From the NCBI GenBank assembly GCA_000004985.1, contig GG738861.1: a stretch of DNA of 64,000 nucleotides; one strand, written 5' to 3'. The notes beneath the pieces are model-generated. The model ran no database searches and was not told where the DNA came from. It saw only the letters and a program-made list of their open reading frames with translations. The DNA is from Naegleria gruberi. Taxonomy: Eukaryota. Below, piece by piece: positions 47,521 to 58,764 of this stretch (the first letter of the stretch is position 1; every line of letters begins with the position of its first letter). The position numbers and the translations under genes are program-made.

Positions 47521-47661
47521 TGTATTTTAATATATACACAACTAGATAATAATAGTATCTTCTTGTACCCTTGAGTGATGATGTAGATTAGATGTTTTTA
47601 CTCCACCAGCCAAAAAAACAAGTGTCCTGTCGATACAATTTTTTTGTAGTTTTGTATGGTT

Positions 47662-47678
47662 ACTATTGGCGCCAATGT
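47662..47678 (+). promoter_or_regulatory. Palindromic E2F-like site ATTGGCGCCAATG ~148 bp upstream of IFT121 start
   Basis: TTGGCGCCAA perfect palindrome in AT-rich intergenic region upstream of minus-strand IFT121. Confidence 0.3.
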
Positions 47679-47854
47679 TGTGCACAAACAAAAAAAGCCA
47701 ATCCAATAGCACAATTCAATACAACCAATACTGCCTTTACTAAGATATTTAAAATGATTTTATAAAAATAATAATAGAACTGTTTCAATATTGTCATTTT
47801 ACCAGAATAATTTGGAATGTATTGAAATAAATAGGAATTTCTCAAATAATTTAT

Positions 47855-49642
47855 TTAAGGTCTACATCTACCCATGAAACGAGGATACAAGCAAGTTTGT
47901 CTGACAGTTCTAACTCTGTTATGTTCATTCTTCAACAACCATAACATGTATCTTTCAAGACCCAAACCATAACCACCGTGTGGGCATGTACCATATTTTC
48001 TTTGGTCACTGTACCAATAGTATGGTTCAGCGCTGATTCCTTCCTTCTTGTATCCATCCATCATCTTGTCATATGATTCCAAACGCATACTTCCACCAAT
48101 AACTTCACCAACACCTGGGAGCAAAACGTCGACAGATTCAGTCAAAGTTGGTTCATCTTCACATCTCTTCATGTAGAAGGCCTTCATGTCACCTGGGAAT
48201 TTAATCATCAAAACTGGTTCACCAATCTTTTCCAACATCTTTCTTTCTGGAGCATCAGTAATATCATCACCAAATTCGAACAATTCCTTAGTTTCTTCAT
48301 CTTTGTAAACTTCGTTATTTCTACAGAATTCAATACAATCAGCATAGGTCATTCTCTTGAATGGTCTCTTAAGCTTCACAGCATCAGGTGTAATAACCAA
48401 TTTATCAGCAGTTTCTTCACCGACAACAGCCAAATGTTGACTCTTTGACAAAACTCTTTCAGTAACATCACAAACCAAATCTTCCAAAGTATTCAATAAA
48501 TCTTCAAATGTAATGAATGGTCTTTCAGCTTCAACGTGAGTGAATTCACTCAAGTGACGTGGAGTGTCAGACTTTTCAGCACGATATGATTGAGCAATAC
48601 AGAAGCTGTCACCAAGAGCTGGAATAACAGTTTCCAAATACAATTGACTTGATTGAGTCAAATAAGCATCTTCTCCAAAGTAATCAAATTTGAAAAGAGT
48701 TGAACCACCTTCAACTTGAGTTTGAACCATAGTTGGAGGAGTAATTTCAGTATAACCACGTGAATAATAATGTTCACGGAAACATTGTAAAATAATTGAA
48801 CGCATCTTTAAAATAGCAGAGGTCTTTTCTCCTCTTAAAATCAAGTGTCTTTGATCGAGTAAAATGTTTGGATCCTTAACATCTTCACCGAAAGGAAGAC
48901 TTTCAGGTGATGATCCGACCAATTTCCAATAATCAGCAACAAGTTCAAAGCCCATTGGAGCTCTTGGATCAGCTTTAACTGTACCCTTGATTGTTACTGA
49001 TGATTCCAAGTGAAGAGTCAAAGCTTCATAAGTTTGACATAAAACACCGCTCAATACAGTTTGGAGGAAACCAGTACCATCTCTCAATGTGATGAAAAGC
49101 AAACCCTTTCCTTGAATTCTAAGTCTGTGGCACCAACCAGAGACTTGAACTCTCTTTCCTTCAAAATCTTTAACTTGATGAACTTTAATTCTGGTAGCTT
49201 CTGGGAGAGTTGTATCTTCTTCAAAGGAAATCTTCTTAGCTTCTTCAAGTTTTTGTTGTTGTTGTTTTTCCTTTTCGTTTGTCTTTTCGAGTTCCTTTTG
49301 CATCTTTTCAATTCTCTTGGAGAGTTTCTTGGTTTGTGATTTGGCCATTGGTCTGGTCTTTAAGAATGTACCAACAAGGTTACACAATTCAGCAGATTCA
49401 CCGCCTTGATCTAAACCGGCTTCTCTCAGAGAGTTTTCGTTAACTTCACCAGCGAAGGAAGTTTGTGTCTTTGCTTGTTCAATAATAGGAGTCAAGAGGG
49501 CTTCAATAACCTTTTCTTGTTCTTCGCTCCATTGTCCTAATGTTTCCTTTTCTTGTTCCAACTTTTTGTTGGCTTCAGTGAAGAAAGCAACCAACAATGA
49601 CTTTGGGAGAGCTTCTGACATTTTTTGAATTTTTTTCAACAA
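47855..49642 (-). CDS. NARS1: Asparaginyl-tRNA synthetase, cytoplasmic (class IIb aaRS)
   Basis: Anticodon-binding OB region (KGLLFITLRDGTGFLQTVL), motif 2/3 and AsnRS-specific blocks TLFKFDYFGEDAYLTQSSQLYLE, CIAQSYRAEKS, GGSMRL, GTCPHGGYGLGLER, C-terminal LYPRF...RP; N-terminal eukaryote-specific extension. Confidence 0.9.
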   Translation of the reverse strand: MLKKIQKMSEALPKSLLVAFFTEANKKLEQEKETLGQWSEEQEKVIEALLTPIIEQAKTQTSFAGEVNENSLREAGLDQGGESAELCNLVGTFLKTRPMAKSQTKKLSKRIEKMQKELEKTNEKEKQQQQKLEEAKKISFEEDTTLPEATRIKVHQVKDFEGKRVQVSGWCHRLRIQGKGLLFITLRDGTGFLQTVLSGVLCQTYEALTLHLESSVTIKGTVKADPRAPMGFELVADYWKLVGSSPESLPFGEDVKDPNILLDQRHLILRGEKTSAILKMRSIILQCFREHYYSRGYTEITPPTMVQTQVEGGSTLFKFDYFGEDAYLTQSSQLYLETVIPALGDSFCIAQSYRAEKSDTPRHLSEFTHVEAERPFITFEDLLNTLEDLVCDVTERVLSKSQHLAVVGEETADKLVITPDAVKLKRPFKRMTYADCIEFCRNNEVYKDEETKELFEFGDDITDAPERKMLEKIGEPVLMIKFPGDMKAFYMKRCEDEPTLTESVDVLLPGVGEVIGGSMRLESYDKMMDGYKKEGISAEPYYWYSDQRKYGTCPHGGYGLGLERYMLWLLKNEHNRVRTVRQTCLYPRFMGRCRP

Positions 49643-49909
49643 TTTAATTTTAATAATTAGATAATTGAATTTTGCTGATGATGATTATTTATAATAATAA
49701 ATAGGTTCGTTTTTAGGTGTGCATTAATGTGTTAGTAGTACAGAAATCCATCCATCTTCTTCTTAATAATAAACAAGTCTATAATTACATGATGTTTCTT
49801 TAGAGTTTATTAATTGATTGAACACATCCAATCAAATTAAATAATAATTATTAATAAAACCAATTCACATTAAAATCATTTAACAATAACAATTTTAAAA
49901 AAAATAACA

Positions 49910-50851
49910 ATGACATCCACTCTCTCAAAAGTTGCCACACAAACAGGCAACAAATTCCGAATGATTTTATTAAAGAATAAATCATTTCCAATTTTTGACA
50001 TGCTGAAAATTGAAGAAAGTATTATGAGATGTGACCCATGCAGAGAGAATGTCTATATTTTCACAAATGAAGGAAATGTTAACAAGAGCATTGTGGTTGG
50101 ATCGAGTGGAGATGTTGAAAAATTAGTCTACACAGACAATACACTCCGGGATGACATTCCAATTATTAAGAGATTTTCTGGAGGTGGAACAGTTTTGGTG
50201 GATAATAATACAGTTTTTGTTTCAATTGTTGGAAGTCATAAATTTCTGAAACACATGTCATTCGATCCAGTTTTGAGTGAAAAGATTAGTCAGAGAGAGA
50301 ATGATGATTCTCTTCAATATAAAGCCTATCCAGAGGAAATTATGAATTGGAGTTATGGATTCTACAAACCAGTTTTTTCTCATCCAGACTTGAATTTCCA
50401 ATTGAGAGAGAATGATTATATTTTCTTTGGAGGAAAAAAGTTTGGAGGAAATGCTCAATATATTACCGGAGGTAAATCTCAGAGATGGGTCCACCACACT
50501 TCATTCTTATGGGATATGAATAGTGAAAATATGGAAAAGTATCTGAAAATGCCACAGAAGAAACCTCAATACAGGTCCTCAAGATCTCACACTGATTTTC
50601 TCGTAACTCTCAGGGATAGTTTCTCCAAGTGTGACGGAACAGTTAGAGAACCTTCAGATTTTACCAACCTCGTACACAAGAGAGTGTTGGATCTTACCAC
50701 TAATGAATGGAAGGAAAATATTGATGAAGTTATTCAATTGGAATCATTCAACGATGTTGCTCATTTTGTAAAGGAAAATACAATGGTTAGAACTCAACTT
50801 GTGGATAAGGAAGAAATTTTGAAAATAATAGAAAGGAACAGAAACAATTAA
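49910..50851 (+). CDS. Lipoate/octanoyl-protein ligase family protein (BPL_LplA_LipB catalytic domain)
   Basis: KRFSGGGTVLVDNNTVFVS resembles LplA RRxSGGGAVxHDxGN; FFGGKKFGGNAQYITGG resembles the lysine-containing GxKISGSAQ block; 313 aa single exon. Confidence 0.5.
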   Translation: MTSTLSKVATQTGNKFRMILLKNKSFPIFDMLKIEESIMRCDPCRENVYIFTNEGNVNKSIVVGSSGDVEKLVYTDNTLRDDIPIIKRFSGGGTVLVDNNTVFVSIVGSHKFLKHMSFDPVLSEKISQRENDDSLQYKAYPEEIMNWSYGFYKPVFSHPDLNFQLRENDYIFFGGKKFGGNAQYITGGKSQRWVHHTSFLWDMNSENMEKYLKMPQKKPQYRSSRSHTDFLVTLRDSFSKCDGTVREPSDFTNLVHKRVLDLTTNEWKENIDEVIQLESFNDVAHFVKENTMVRTQLVDKEEILKIIERNRNN

Positions 50852-51184
50852 GAATGTAATGGATTCGAATTGGTGTTTACTTTCCTTTGAAAAACACTGT
50901 ACAAGTAACTTGGACCTTAATAGGTTTCAATGTTGACAACATAAATAATGTTCTGTGCTAACCAACTTTTCAATTCCTTAAAAGGACTTGTTCATTCCTT
51001 CAAAAGTGCCAAGATTCATTGAAGGCAACTATTTGTAAGAGTGTCAACTGTATTGAGGGAGATATGAGAGAAGTGTTTTATAATTAGAAAACTTAGGTTG
51101 ATTTCTTTTCATTAAATTCAACTCAGTAAAAGAAAACAACAATCACAGCACTAACCTCAAGGAGTTAGTTTCCATAATTTATTT

Positions 51185-51198
51185 TTAGGCGCCAAAAA
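51185..51198 (+). promoter_or_regulatory. GGCGCCAAAA (E2F-like half-palindrome) in LplA-LKB1 intergenic region
   Basis: TTTTAGGCGCCAAAAATT; GGCGCC core in AT-rich DNA ~585 bp upstream of LKB1 ATG. Confidence 0.2.
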
Positions 51199-51772
51199 TT
51201 ACAACACAGAACACCAAATTATTGAAAAAAATTGAAACCAACTCTCGTTGAAGCAACGTTGCTTTTCATACAATTTCTATCAGATTGTGCAGAAGAAGAA
51301 TATAATTTTTTTGAGTATTGTAAAGCAAAATAAGGAAGACAATACGTTTGGAAGCACACCTATTTTAAAGGATAAATTACCAAAAATATTCAACAAGACA
51401 CAAAAAGCGTTTGTGCACAAAGCCTTTGATTACCTCATCGTAATACTCAACTCAAATTTCAAAGTTATTTTATTTTACCTAATTTTCAAAAAACACCACA
51501 GTATTATTATTGCAATCATTTAACAAACTATTTGGAAACGTATTATTAATTGGATTCACTAATAGCTATCCAGTGTTCATATTAATATTTCATCTATTTA
51601 TTACACTCCGAGTTGATAACATCCATCACACCGATAAAAAATTGTACAACACCTCTTTCCTGCATTACGCACTGTGTTGGAAAACTTGATTTAAAAAGGA
51701 AACCATCAATATTCTACTCAGTATTATTACAATCTTGAGTTTCCTCTCTGACACAAACTCTCACCATTTAAT

Positions 51773-53874
51773 ATGATATCTGGCGTGAATAGCAGAAAAT
51801 CATCATCATCAACTGGTATCACACTACCTTCTTTTTCATCATCACCAAACCATCCAATGTCCTCTCTTTCGAATCCAAGCTCATCACCGATGACTTCCCC
51901 TCTCCATAATGCTCACCACCAACAACCATCTTTTTTGAGCCATTCTTCCCAACCAACTTATACGGCACCAACAACTATGAATACCAATGTAGCCATGATG
52001 GGAAGGACTCTTAGCAATACGAGCATTGCCAGCGATGATCTGAATGAAATAACGTATGGCCAAAAACAAAAACCACACAAACAAGTTAAACAATATATAC
52101 TCGGCGAAGTTCTTGGAGAAGGTAAGTTTTATTAATAGGAAAATAATGGAAAATTAACATGCTCTATTAAATCTTTATGATTAACATTATCAATTCTACT
52201 ACTATTTGATTCTACTACCAATAATATAACAATGTAAAAACAATGATAATATTTATGTGGATATTGTGGAAAATAGGAGCTTTTGGTAAGGTTCGGGAAG
52301 CCATTGATTCTAACTCACTGAAGAGAGTTGCCATCAAGATTATAAAACGAGACAAGCTCAAACGTATCAAGAATGGTGAAACACTTCTCAAGAATGAAAT
52401 TAACATTATGAGAAAATTAAAGTCTCACAAGAATATTATCAAACTTATCGAGGTCATACATGTGGAAGGAGGAGCTGCATCAGGACATTCATCTGTATCA
52501 TCAGTTAGTGGTGCTGGTAGAATGAGCATTTCTAACATATTTGTAAATCAGTCAGCATCAAGTACCGAGAAGGTACCAACAAATTCTCAGACACAACCAA
52601 ATGGAGCAAACACTTCTTTTAATTCAAAGAAAGCCAGAACGTATATGGTTATCGAATTTGCTGGTGCAGGAAGCTTGCAACAGTTAATGAATTCACAACC
52701 AAATAATCGTTTACCTGTAAATGAAGTTTGGCACTATTTTAGACAATTAATTGATGGATTAGAATATATGCACAGTCTGGGAATAATTCACAGAGATATC
52801 AAACCAGCTAATTTGATGATTACTCCAGATAGAGTTCTTAAAATTAGTGATTTTGGTACAGCAATTGAACTCGACCACTTCTCTCCAAGTGACGAATGTA
52901 CACAAAGCTTTGGTACACCTCATTTTCAATCGCCACAAATTGCTACAGGTTTGAAACAATTTTCAGGTTACAAGTTGGATATTTGGGCTTGTGGTGTTTC
53001 CTTATATGTATTGATTGTTGGAAAACAACCATTCCATGATGATGGTAATATTATGAATTTGTATGAACAAATTGCCTTAGGAAAATATGAAATACCTGAT
53101 TGGGTTGAAAACGATCTTAAGGTTCTCATTAAGGGAATGATGACAGTTGATGAAGATCAAAGATGGACTATTGAGGCCATTAAATCCAGTGAATGGTTTA
53201 ATACAACAAGATATAGTGATACAATGACTGATAGAAATTCTATCGACTCTCACCAATCGATTGGTCGTGAATCAACTAATTCTGCCAAGCTTTCTTCGGC
53301 CAACATTTCACGAACCAATTCTAGGGTTGGTGCAGCCAAGAAGATTCTTGTCGATAGATGGAAGAGTTTTACCTTACTTCCCTATTTGGCCAAAGCAGTT
53401 AATACTGAAGCTAGTGCCATGACTCCAACAACCACCCAACAACAACCTCTCTCAGCTAGAAGTACAACAAGTGTTAGTTCTGGAAATCTTGATCAATTGG
53501 AAAGAAAATCCATCGGACAAGTACCTCCACAACCAAGTACAACACCTCACAAGAGTCTCAATCTTAGTGATTATGCTACTCTTCAACAAGGAGGAGCAAA
53601 TATTGATTCAATGAGTATTGATGGAAGTAATGACAGTTTTGATCATCACAATACAAAGGATGGTATGTCTGACGATGGAAATGCAACTCCAAATGCTGAG
53701 AATGCTGATGACATTATGACCTTAAAGCTTACAACTCCAGCTGCCTCTAAAGGAACGTCAAAGGGATCAAAATCTTCAAAACGAAAGTTAAATGTTACCT
53801 CTTCTAATGCAAACAATACTGCTACAGAGAGTCAGAGCCAGGGAGAACAAGATAAAAAGTGCACCATCATGTAA
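51773..53874 (+). CDS. STK11: Serine/threonine kinase LKB1/STK11 orthologue, 2 exons (51773-52112, 52277-53874) with S/T-rich N- and C-terminal extensions
   Basis: Splice (GTAAGT at 52113; acceptor AAATAG at 52276) gives LGEGAFGKVREA G-loop; LKRVAIKIIKRDKLKRIKNGETLLKNEINIMRKLKSHKNIIKLIEV vs LKB1 [108 protein letters not shown] (LKB1 [24 protein letters not shown]). Confidence 0.85.
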
Positions 53875-54246
53875 AATAATTTATAATCTGGTGGAAAGTT
53901 ACACTTGGAGCTTAATGCTCTCATTTTTGAAAATGGCAGTCATTTCATTTTCTTTTGAATCAACAATGGATGCAAGTTTAAAGAATAAATGGATTGAACA
54001 AGCAATAAACTCAATACTGTAAAACCTTGTACGTAAGAAACAAGCGAGGGTAAATAAGTTATAAACGAACCAAATTACCAACCATACGCAGATAACTGAT
54101 TCACAAAGGCACTCAAATATTGATTTAATTTCATATAAGTTAGAGTGGAAACACCAAATTGAACTGGAATTTCACTTTCAATACCCATAAAATATCATCT
54201 TGAAATCAGCCTCTACTTCATTTTTATAAACTGTAATAACATCATC

Positions 54247-54441
54247 TCATAACTGTTCCCACCATTTGCTGTTGGAGCTATAATTGTCTAAGTAGAAAAG
54301 TTCAAAAACGGTTGAAGCAATCTCTTCATATTTTTCCCATCTGCCTGTATGAGCATTGATTTGAAAATTAATCATCTTTTGGTTCTCAGTAAAGTTCACT
54401 AAAAAACCATCAACATGTTGCTCATTTGGAAAGCACATCAT
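54247..54441 (-). CDS. Small ORF (64+ aa; reading frame open further upstream to ~54540), possible small protein gene
   Basis: MMCFPNEQHVDGFLVNFTENQKMINFQINAHTGRWEKYEEIASTVFELFYLDNYSSNSKWWEQL; non-low-complexity, frame stays open upstream (VYSIVVFKKHYFISVNFDKNTKSKAIDGI); no domain recognised. Confidence 0.2.
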   Translation of the reverse strand: MMCFPNEQHVDGFLVNFTENQKMINFQINAHTGRWEKYEEIASTVFELFYLDNYSSNSKWWEQL

Positions 54442-54789
54442 TATTCCATCAATAGCTTTGGATTTTGTGTTCTTATCGAAGTTTACTGAGATAAAGTAGT
54501 GTTTCTTGAAAACAACAATTGAATAAACTAATAATAGAAAGTATGCTCAAAAAAATTGTCATACTATGGTCCCACCCTTGCCCACCCTCTATTATTATTA
54601 GTTTATTCAAATCAAAGGTTCTAACCTTTGTCCTTAATACTTTGGAATGTGATTTTTTAACCAATCCTCAAATATTTTCTCAATTGATTGAAAGATTTCA
54701 CTTTATTTGTATTATTGAAAGATGATTGTTATCATCTTTTTATCTTTGTATTATTATTTGATATTTGACATCATTTATTGATGTTTTTT

Positions 54790-55040
54790 ATCATGATTGG
54801 TGATCTAAAACCAATTGTTGGTGATCTAAAACCGACAGATCAACTTTATGTTGATTAGAAGGTATCTGATACCTTTCCCTTACTATTAGTAAGGCAATAT
54901 GTACTGAACATACCTCTTTTCTCATTCTCGTTTTGATTCGTAAGTGTCAAGACGGTTGAGTAGGTTTTTTAATTCTTAACTTTTTGGTTTTTACCGATTT
55001 TTTTTTTTTTCCTACAAGAGTAGGTTTTTTTATATGGGAG
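54790..55040. repeat. Intergenic block with direct repeats and two adjacent 17-bp palindromes
   Basis: GGTGATCTAAAACC x2 (54799-54836); palindromes AAGGTATCTGATACCTT (~54858-54874) and CCTTACTATTAGTAAGG (~54884-54900); GAGTAGGTTTTTT x2 (54959/55019) flanking a T16 run. Confidence 0.5.
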
Positions 55041-55496
55041 TTGTTTCTCCAAAAAACAACTTGGTTTATTGTCAGATTGCTTTAATTTAGTTTAGTTTTT
55101 GCTTTTTGTTAAGAAATCATAGTATGATTGTATTGATTAGTTTATTTAATTTCTGGACCTGCTGAATAAAGCTTAATGCCTAAAAACAGCAGTAACCAGG
55201 CTACAAACTACCTAAGAATAGGTAGAAGTTGTAGTGTGAGCTTTATATCCATTAGTTTATTTATTGTTGGTTTTTTTTTAAGAAACATAAATAATGTTCC
55301 CAATAAAGTTTGCTAGGAGATGAGTATTGTGTTTTTAGACACATCCAAGCAGTAAAGTTTGTACCTACAGTATAAGTGTTTCAATAGTAAACACACAAAA
55401 TAAAGTTCAAATAATATTTAGACAATTGAATATTAAAACTCAGAAACCACCTTAATAATGAAACAACCTGGAATCTGCTTTGAAGGATATAAATCT

Positions 55497-57245
55497 TTAT
55501 TGAGCAGGATCCATTTTGAGATGAAGATGATATAGTATATTGTTTCCTTTGTGGAGTTCTTTTTTTGTTGAATAATAAGTAAGGTTGTTAATTAATGTTG
55601 CTTCTTGAGCAAGAATGTTCATCAGGGATCGCTGATTGCTACTTGGGTTAAGTAGTTTTGATAGAATGGAATATGATGAAGAAACGAAACTGTTTGCTTC
55701 ATCAATAGCAATAATAAAAGCTTGTGTTTCTTTAGTTTCTTTAAGCCCAAAATAATAACGATTATCTTTTAACAAATCTCCTATTTGCATAATAAGGTAA
55801 CCAGTATAGTCTCTTAAAGATTTTGAGTTGCAGTATTCATACTTTAGTAATTCTTTAAAAACTAATACACTTGCCAACTTGTCATTTGCTTGCATGTATG
55901 CTAAGTAAGGATAAAGTCCACCAAAATCTTTAAAAACATCCCTATTATTTTTGGCATGTTGGATGACTTTTAAAACATAAATCAGTCTTGCAATAAATAC
56001 CATCTGCACTATTTGATGAACACTTGCATACAAATCAATAAGGGTCTTTGATATCAAAACAGAATATGCTTCTCTCATCAACTCGTCGGCTACTATTGTA
56101 TCAACAGGCTCGCTCTTTAATGTACAGCTTAAATATATACCTGATACTGTTGACATTAATCTATTAATTGTTCTTAAACATTATTAATAGCTTGTTAGTT
56201 AGAAAATAAAAAGTACTTACCTGGTCTTACCGATGCCTGATGATTCTATTTCAATTTTTTCAAGTAATTTTTGTGTTAAATTTAATGGTAATTCTATATT
56301 TTTCCAACCAGTCATTATTAATCTTGCTCTTTCATAAAATTCTTCAACACACTCATACACCATTTTCCTTGTTAAATCTTTTTCTGAAAAATTGTTAATT
56401 TCATTCAATAGTTTCTTTGATAATTCAAATACGATAGAGTCACCCAATAACATCCCATGAGGAATGGTAATAATGAATCTCTCTAAATAATCAGTTATCT
56501 TTTTGTTACATTCCATGTTGGCACCAACAATGCTGCCTTTTTCAATCTTTAAATTATCAATTTCAAACTTGGTCAAACCAACACCGCCTTCATTAACAGG
56601 TTTACTAAGTTGCTCTCTAATTTTTTCAACTTCCCACAAATGATAGAGTCTTGTTTTGTATAAATCATCAACCCAATTTACAACAATATCCAATGTATCC
56701 AACAAGTCAACTGTTAAAGTATGGCCCGAGTTTTGGTATTTTGATTTGAGTTTTTGATAGGCATAATCTGTTCCCTTTTGTAAACCAACAACAATACAGG
56801 CAAGAGATTTACCATTAAAACTAGCCTTATATAATAGCTCGACATTACGAACGGTCAAACCGGCTCCTCCATTCTTCTGGTCAGTGCAAAGTAAGGCGCA
56901 TACTTCTTCTTTAGACCATAAATCATATTCCATTGGGTTTAATTTTGCGTAGGGTGATTCGGAAGTAGTAGGTATGGAATTTTGTTTTTGGTTAGAAATG
57001 TTATTATTACCCGTTGGAGTAGTGGAATAGTTTTTGGTGGAGTTATTGAATTGTGCTGCAAAATTGTTCTTAACTAAATAATAACAACTATTACAATTGT
57101 TCTTGTTATTAACTACAGATCTCCTAGAGTGAATATTCAAGTTTCCGATGGAGTTGTTAAATTGTTGAGTTTGAATGGTAGTTGGTTTTAAGGTAATTCG
57201 TTTTGATATTTTGTTAAACCATTTATTTTTCGTGAGCGATTTCAT
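55497..57245 (-). CDS. Paralogue of the 201-3034 gene: two SAM-like repeats + P-loop NTPase (Walker A SSGIGKTR at exon end, Walker B FIIAIDEANSF), 2 exons (56217-57245, 55497-~56156)
   Basis: YDLWSKEEVCALL...VVNWVDDLYKTRLYHLWEVEKIREQL parallels YKCWSTEEICALL...VVNWINFNLIPNLYHKWSVAQVKELL of gene 201-3034; exon1 ends ...ESSGIGKTR followed by GT donor; exon 2 continues NTPase. Confidence 0.55.
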
Positions 57246-57654
57246 GATGTATTTTTTGTATTTTTTTTAATATGTTGTTTCTTCTCATACATTTAATAGA
57301 GCAAAATTAGAAAATTTGAAATTCTGGCTTCAGCTACATCAACAGAAAGCTGGGTTCTAAACTTGGATAAAAAATTACATGTTATTTGCACACTTAAAGA
57401 GCTAGACTTTATTAATTAGGAATTAAGAAACCTTCCAAGATTTATTGTAGAGTTTATGGAATTTTGACAACATAATTCTGGGGTTTTACTACAAGATTTG
57501 AATTATGTGACTATTTCTTACGAGTGTTTTGAGTCAAACGTACAAGTTGTTACAATAGTTTACCTTTAAATTTAGAACCTATTCATTCTATTTATTGAAG
57601 TAAAGGCAAATGAGCCATCAAATAATAGAATTCTTTTAAAACAAATTTAAAAAA

Positions 57655-58764
57655 ATGAAAAACAAACCTCAACAACAAAGAGGGCTCGGATTGGATGCAT
57701 ATAATTCCGATAATGAAGAAGGTGAATCCTCTTCATCATCTAATGCACCTTCGGAGGATTATAAATCAAAGAAAAAAGGAGTTGCCAATAAGAGGAGTCA
57801 AGAGGAAATTAAAAACAAAATTGTTACATTAACTAAAAAACGAAAACAAGACGTTGGAAGTAGCGAACAAAATTGTACAATTTCAAAAATTGATGATAGT
57901 TTCGATTCCTTCAAAACCTATATTTATTTACCTTGTAAATTTTTGGATGATTCCACGTCATTAATTGAGATGTTACTGAGGGATGTTCTTTATAGAGATC
58001 CGTATAATTTATTATTATTTTCACCTTGTACTACAGATCCGTTCTTTGTTGGACATCATGTGAGTCTTTCAAAGACATTTAATGTTAAAAAGAATTTAGC
58101 TTCTGAATTTAGACTCTCTTTGGGAGAGGTAATGCGAGTAAATACACGCCTTCCAATCAAGATTGCATTTAAAAGTATAAGCATGTATTTGGGATCCAAT
58201 GTAGCAGCAAAATCAGATATTACACCGACATATGCTATTTATTTAGCATTTGACTTGACAGATGAATACGAAGAAAGAATTGTATCTTCTCTTTCAAAAG
58301 CATTCTGTACCAAAGGTGATTATTTCGATAATGGAATGCATGCCTTAATTGACGAGGAAAGCTTATGGTTTTCCAAACTTCACGTATCGTTCGCATGTAG
58401 ATTATTCAAAGATAGGGAATCACAGGTTGAATATTACAAGGAATGCCTCACAAATATCAGCAAAATTGACTACCAGGATAATAGTGACTATCCAACATCT
58501 TTCAAAATTTGTTCCATTAACACAGCTGTACAACACATGGTTGGATCTGATCTTTCACAATCTAAAGAAAATAGAATAAGTGTCACAGATGCACGAAAGA
58601 AAATACTCTCCACAACACAAGTCGAAACAATTGAGATTGTAATGGGTTCCAAAACATTCAGCGTCGACATTCCTCATTTGGAAGAGCCTCAAATGATCAA
58701 AGAAACTTGGCAAATAACTTTGAGTATTAATAGGTCGGAAAGTGATTCAGATTCGGATGGTTAA
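57655..58764 (+). CDS. USB1: 2H phosphoesterase, USB1-like (U6 snRNA 3'-end processing phosphodiesterase) with acidic/basic N-terminal extension
   Basis: Two H-x-S-x motifs at appropriate spacing: FFVGHHVSLSK and WFSKLHVSFACRL (~90 aa apart), preceded by KRKQD-rich N-terminus; size of catalytic region ~250 aa. Confidence 0.5.
   Translation: MKNKPQQQRGLGLDAYNSDNEEGESSSSSNAPSEDYKSKKKGVANKRSQEEIKNKIVTLTKKRKQDVGSSEQNCTISKIDDSFDSFKTYIYLPCKFLDDSTSLIEMLLRDVLYRDPYNLLLFSPCTTDPFFVGHHVSLSKTFNVKKNLASEFRLSLGEVMRVNTRLPIKIAFKSISMYLGSNVAAKSDITPTYAIYLAFDLTDEYEERIVSSLSKAFCTKGDYFDNGMHALIDEESLWFSKLHVSFACRLFKDRESQVEYYKECLTNISKIDYQDNSDYPTSFKICSINTAVQHMVGSDLSQSKENRISVTDARKKILSTTQVETIEIVMGSKTFSVDIPHLEEPQMIKETWQITLSINRSESDSDSDG

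Noticed and set aside
51248-51523. 91-aa ORF upstream of LKB1
   Set aside because: Low-complexity I/L/K/F composition in AT-rich leader DNA. More likely 5' UTR or a chance ORF than a gene.
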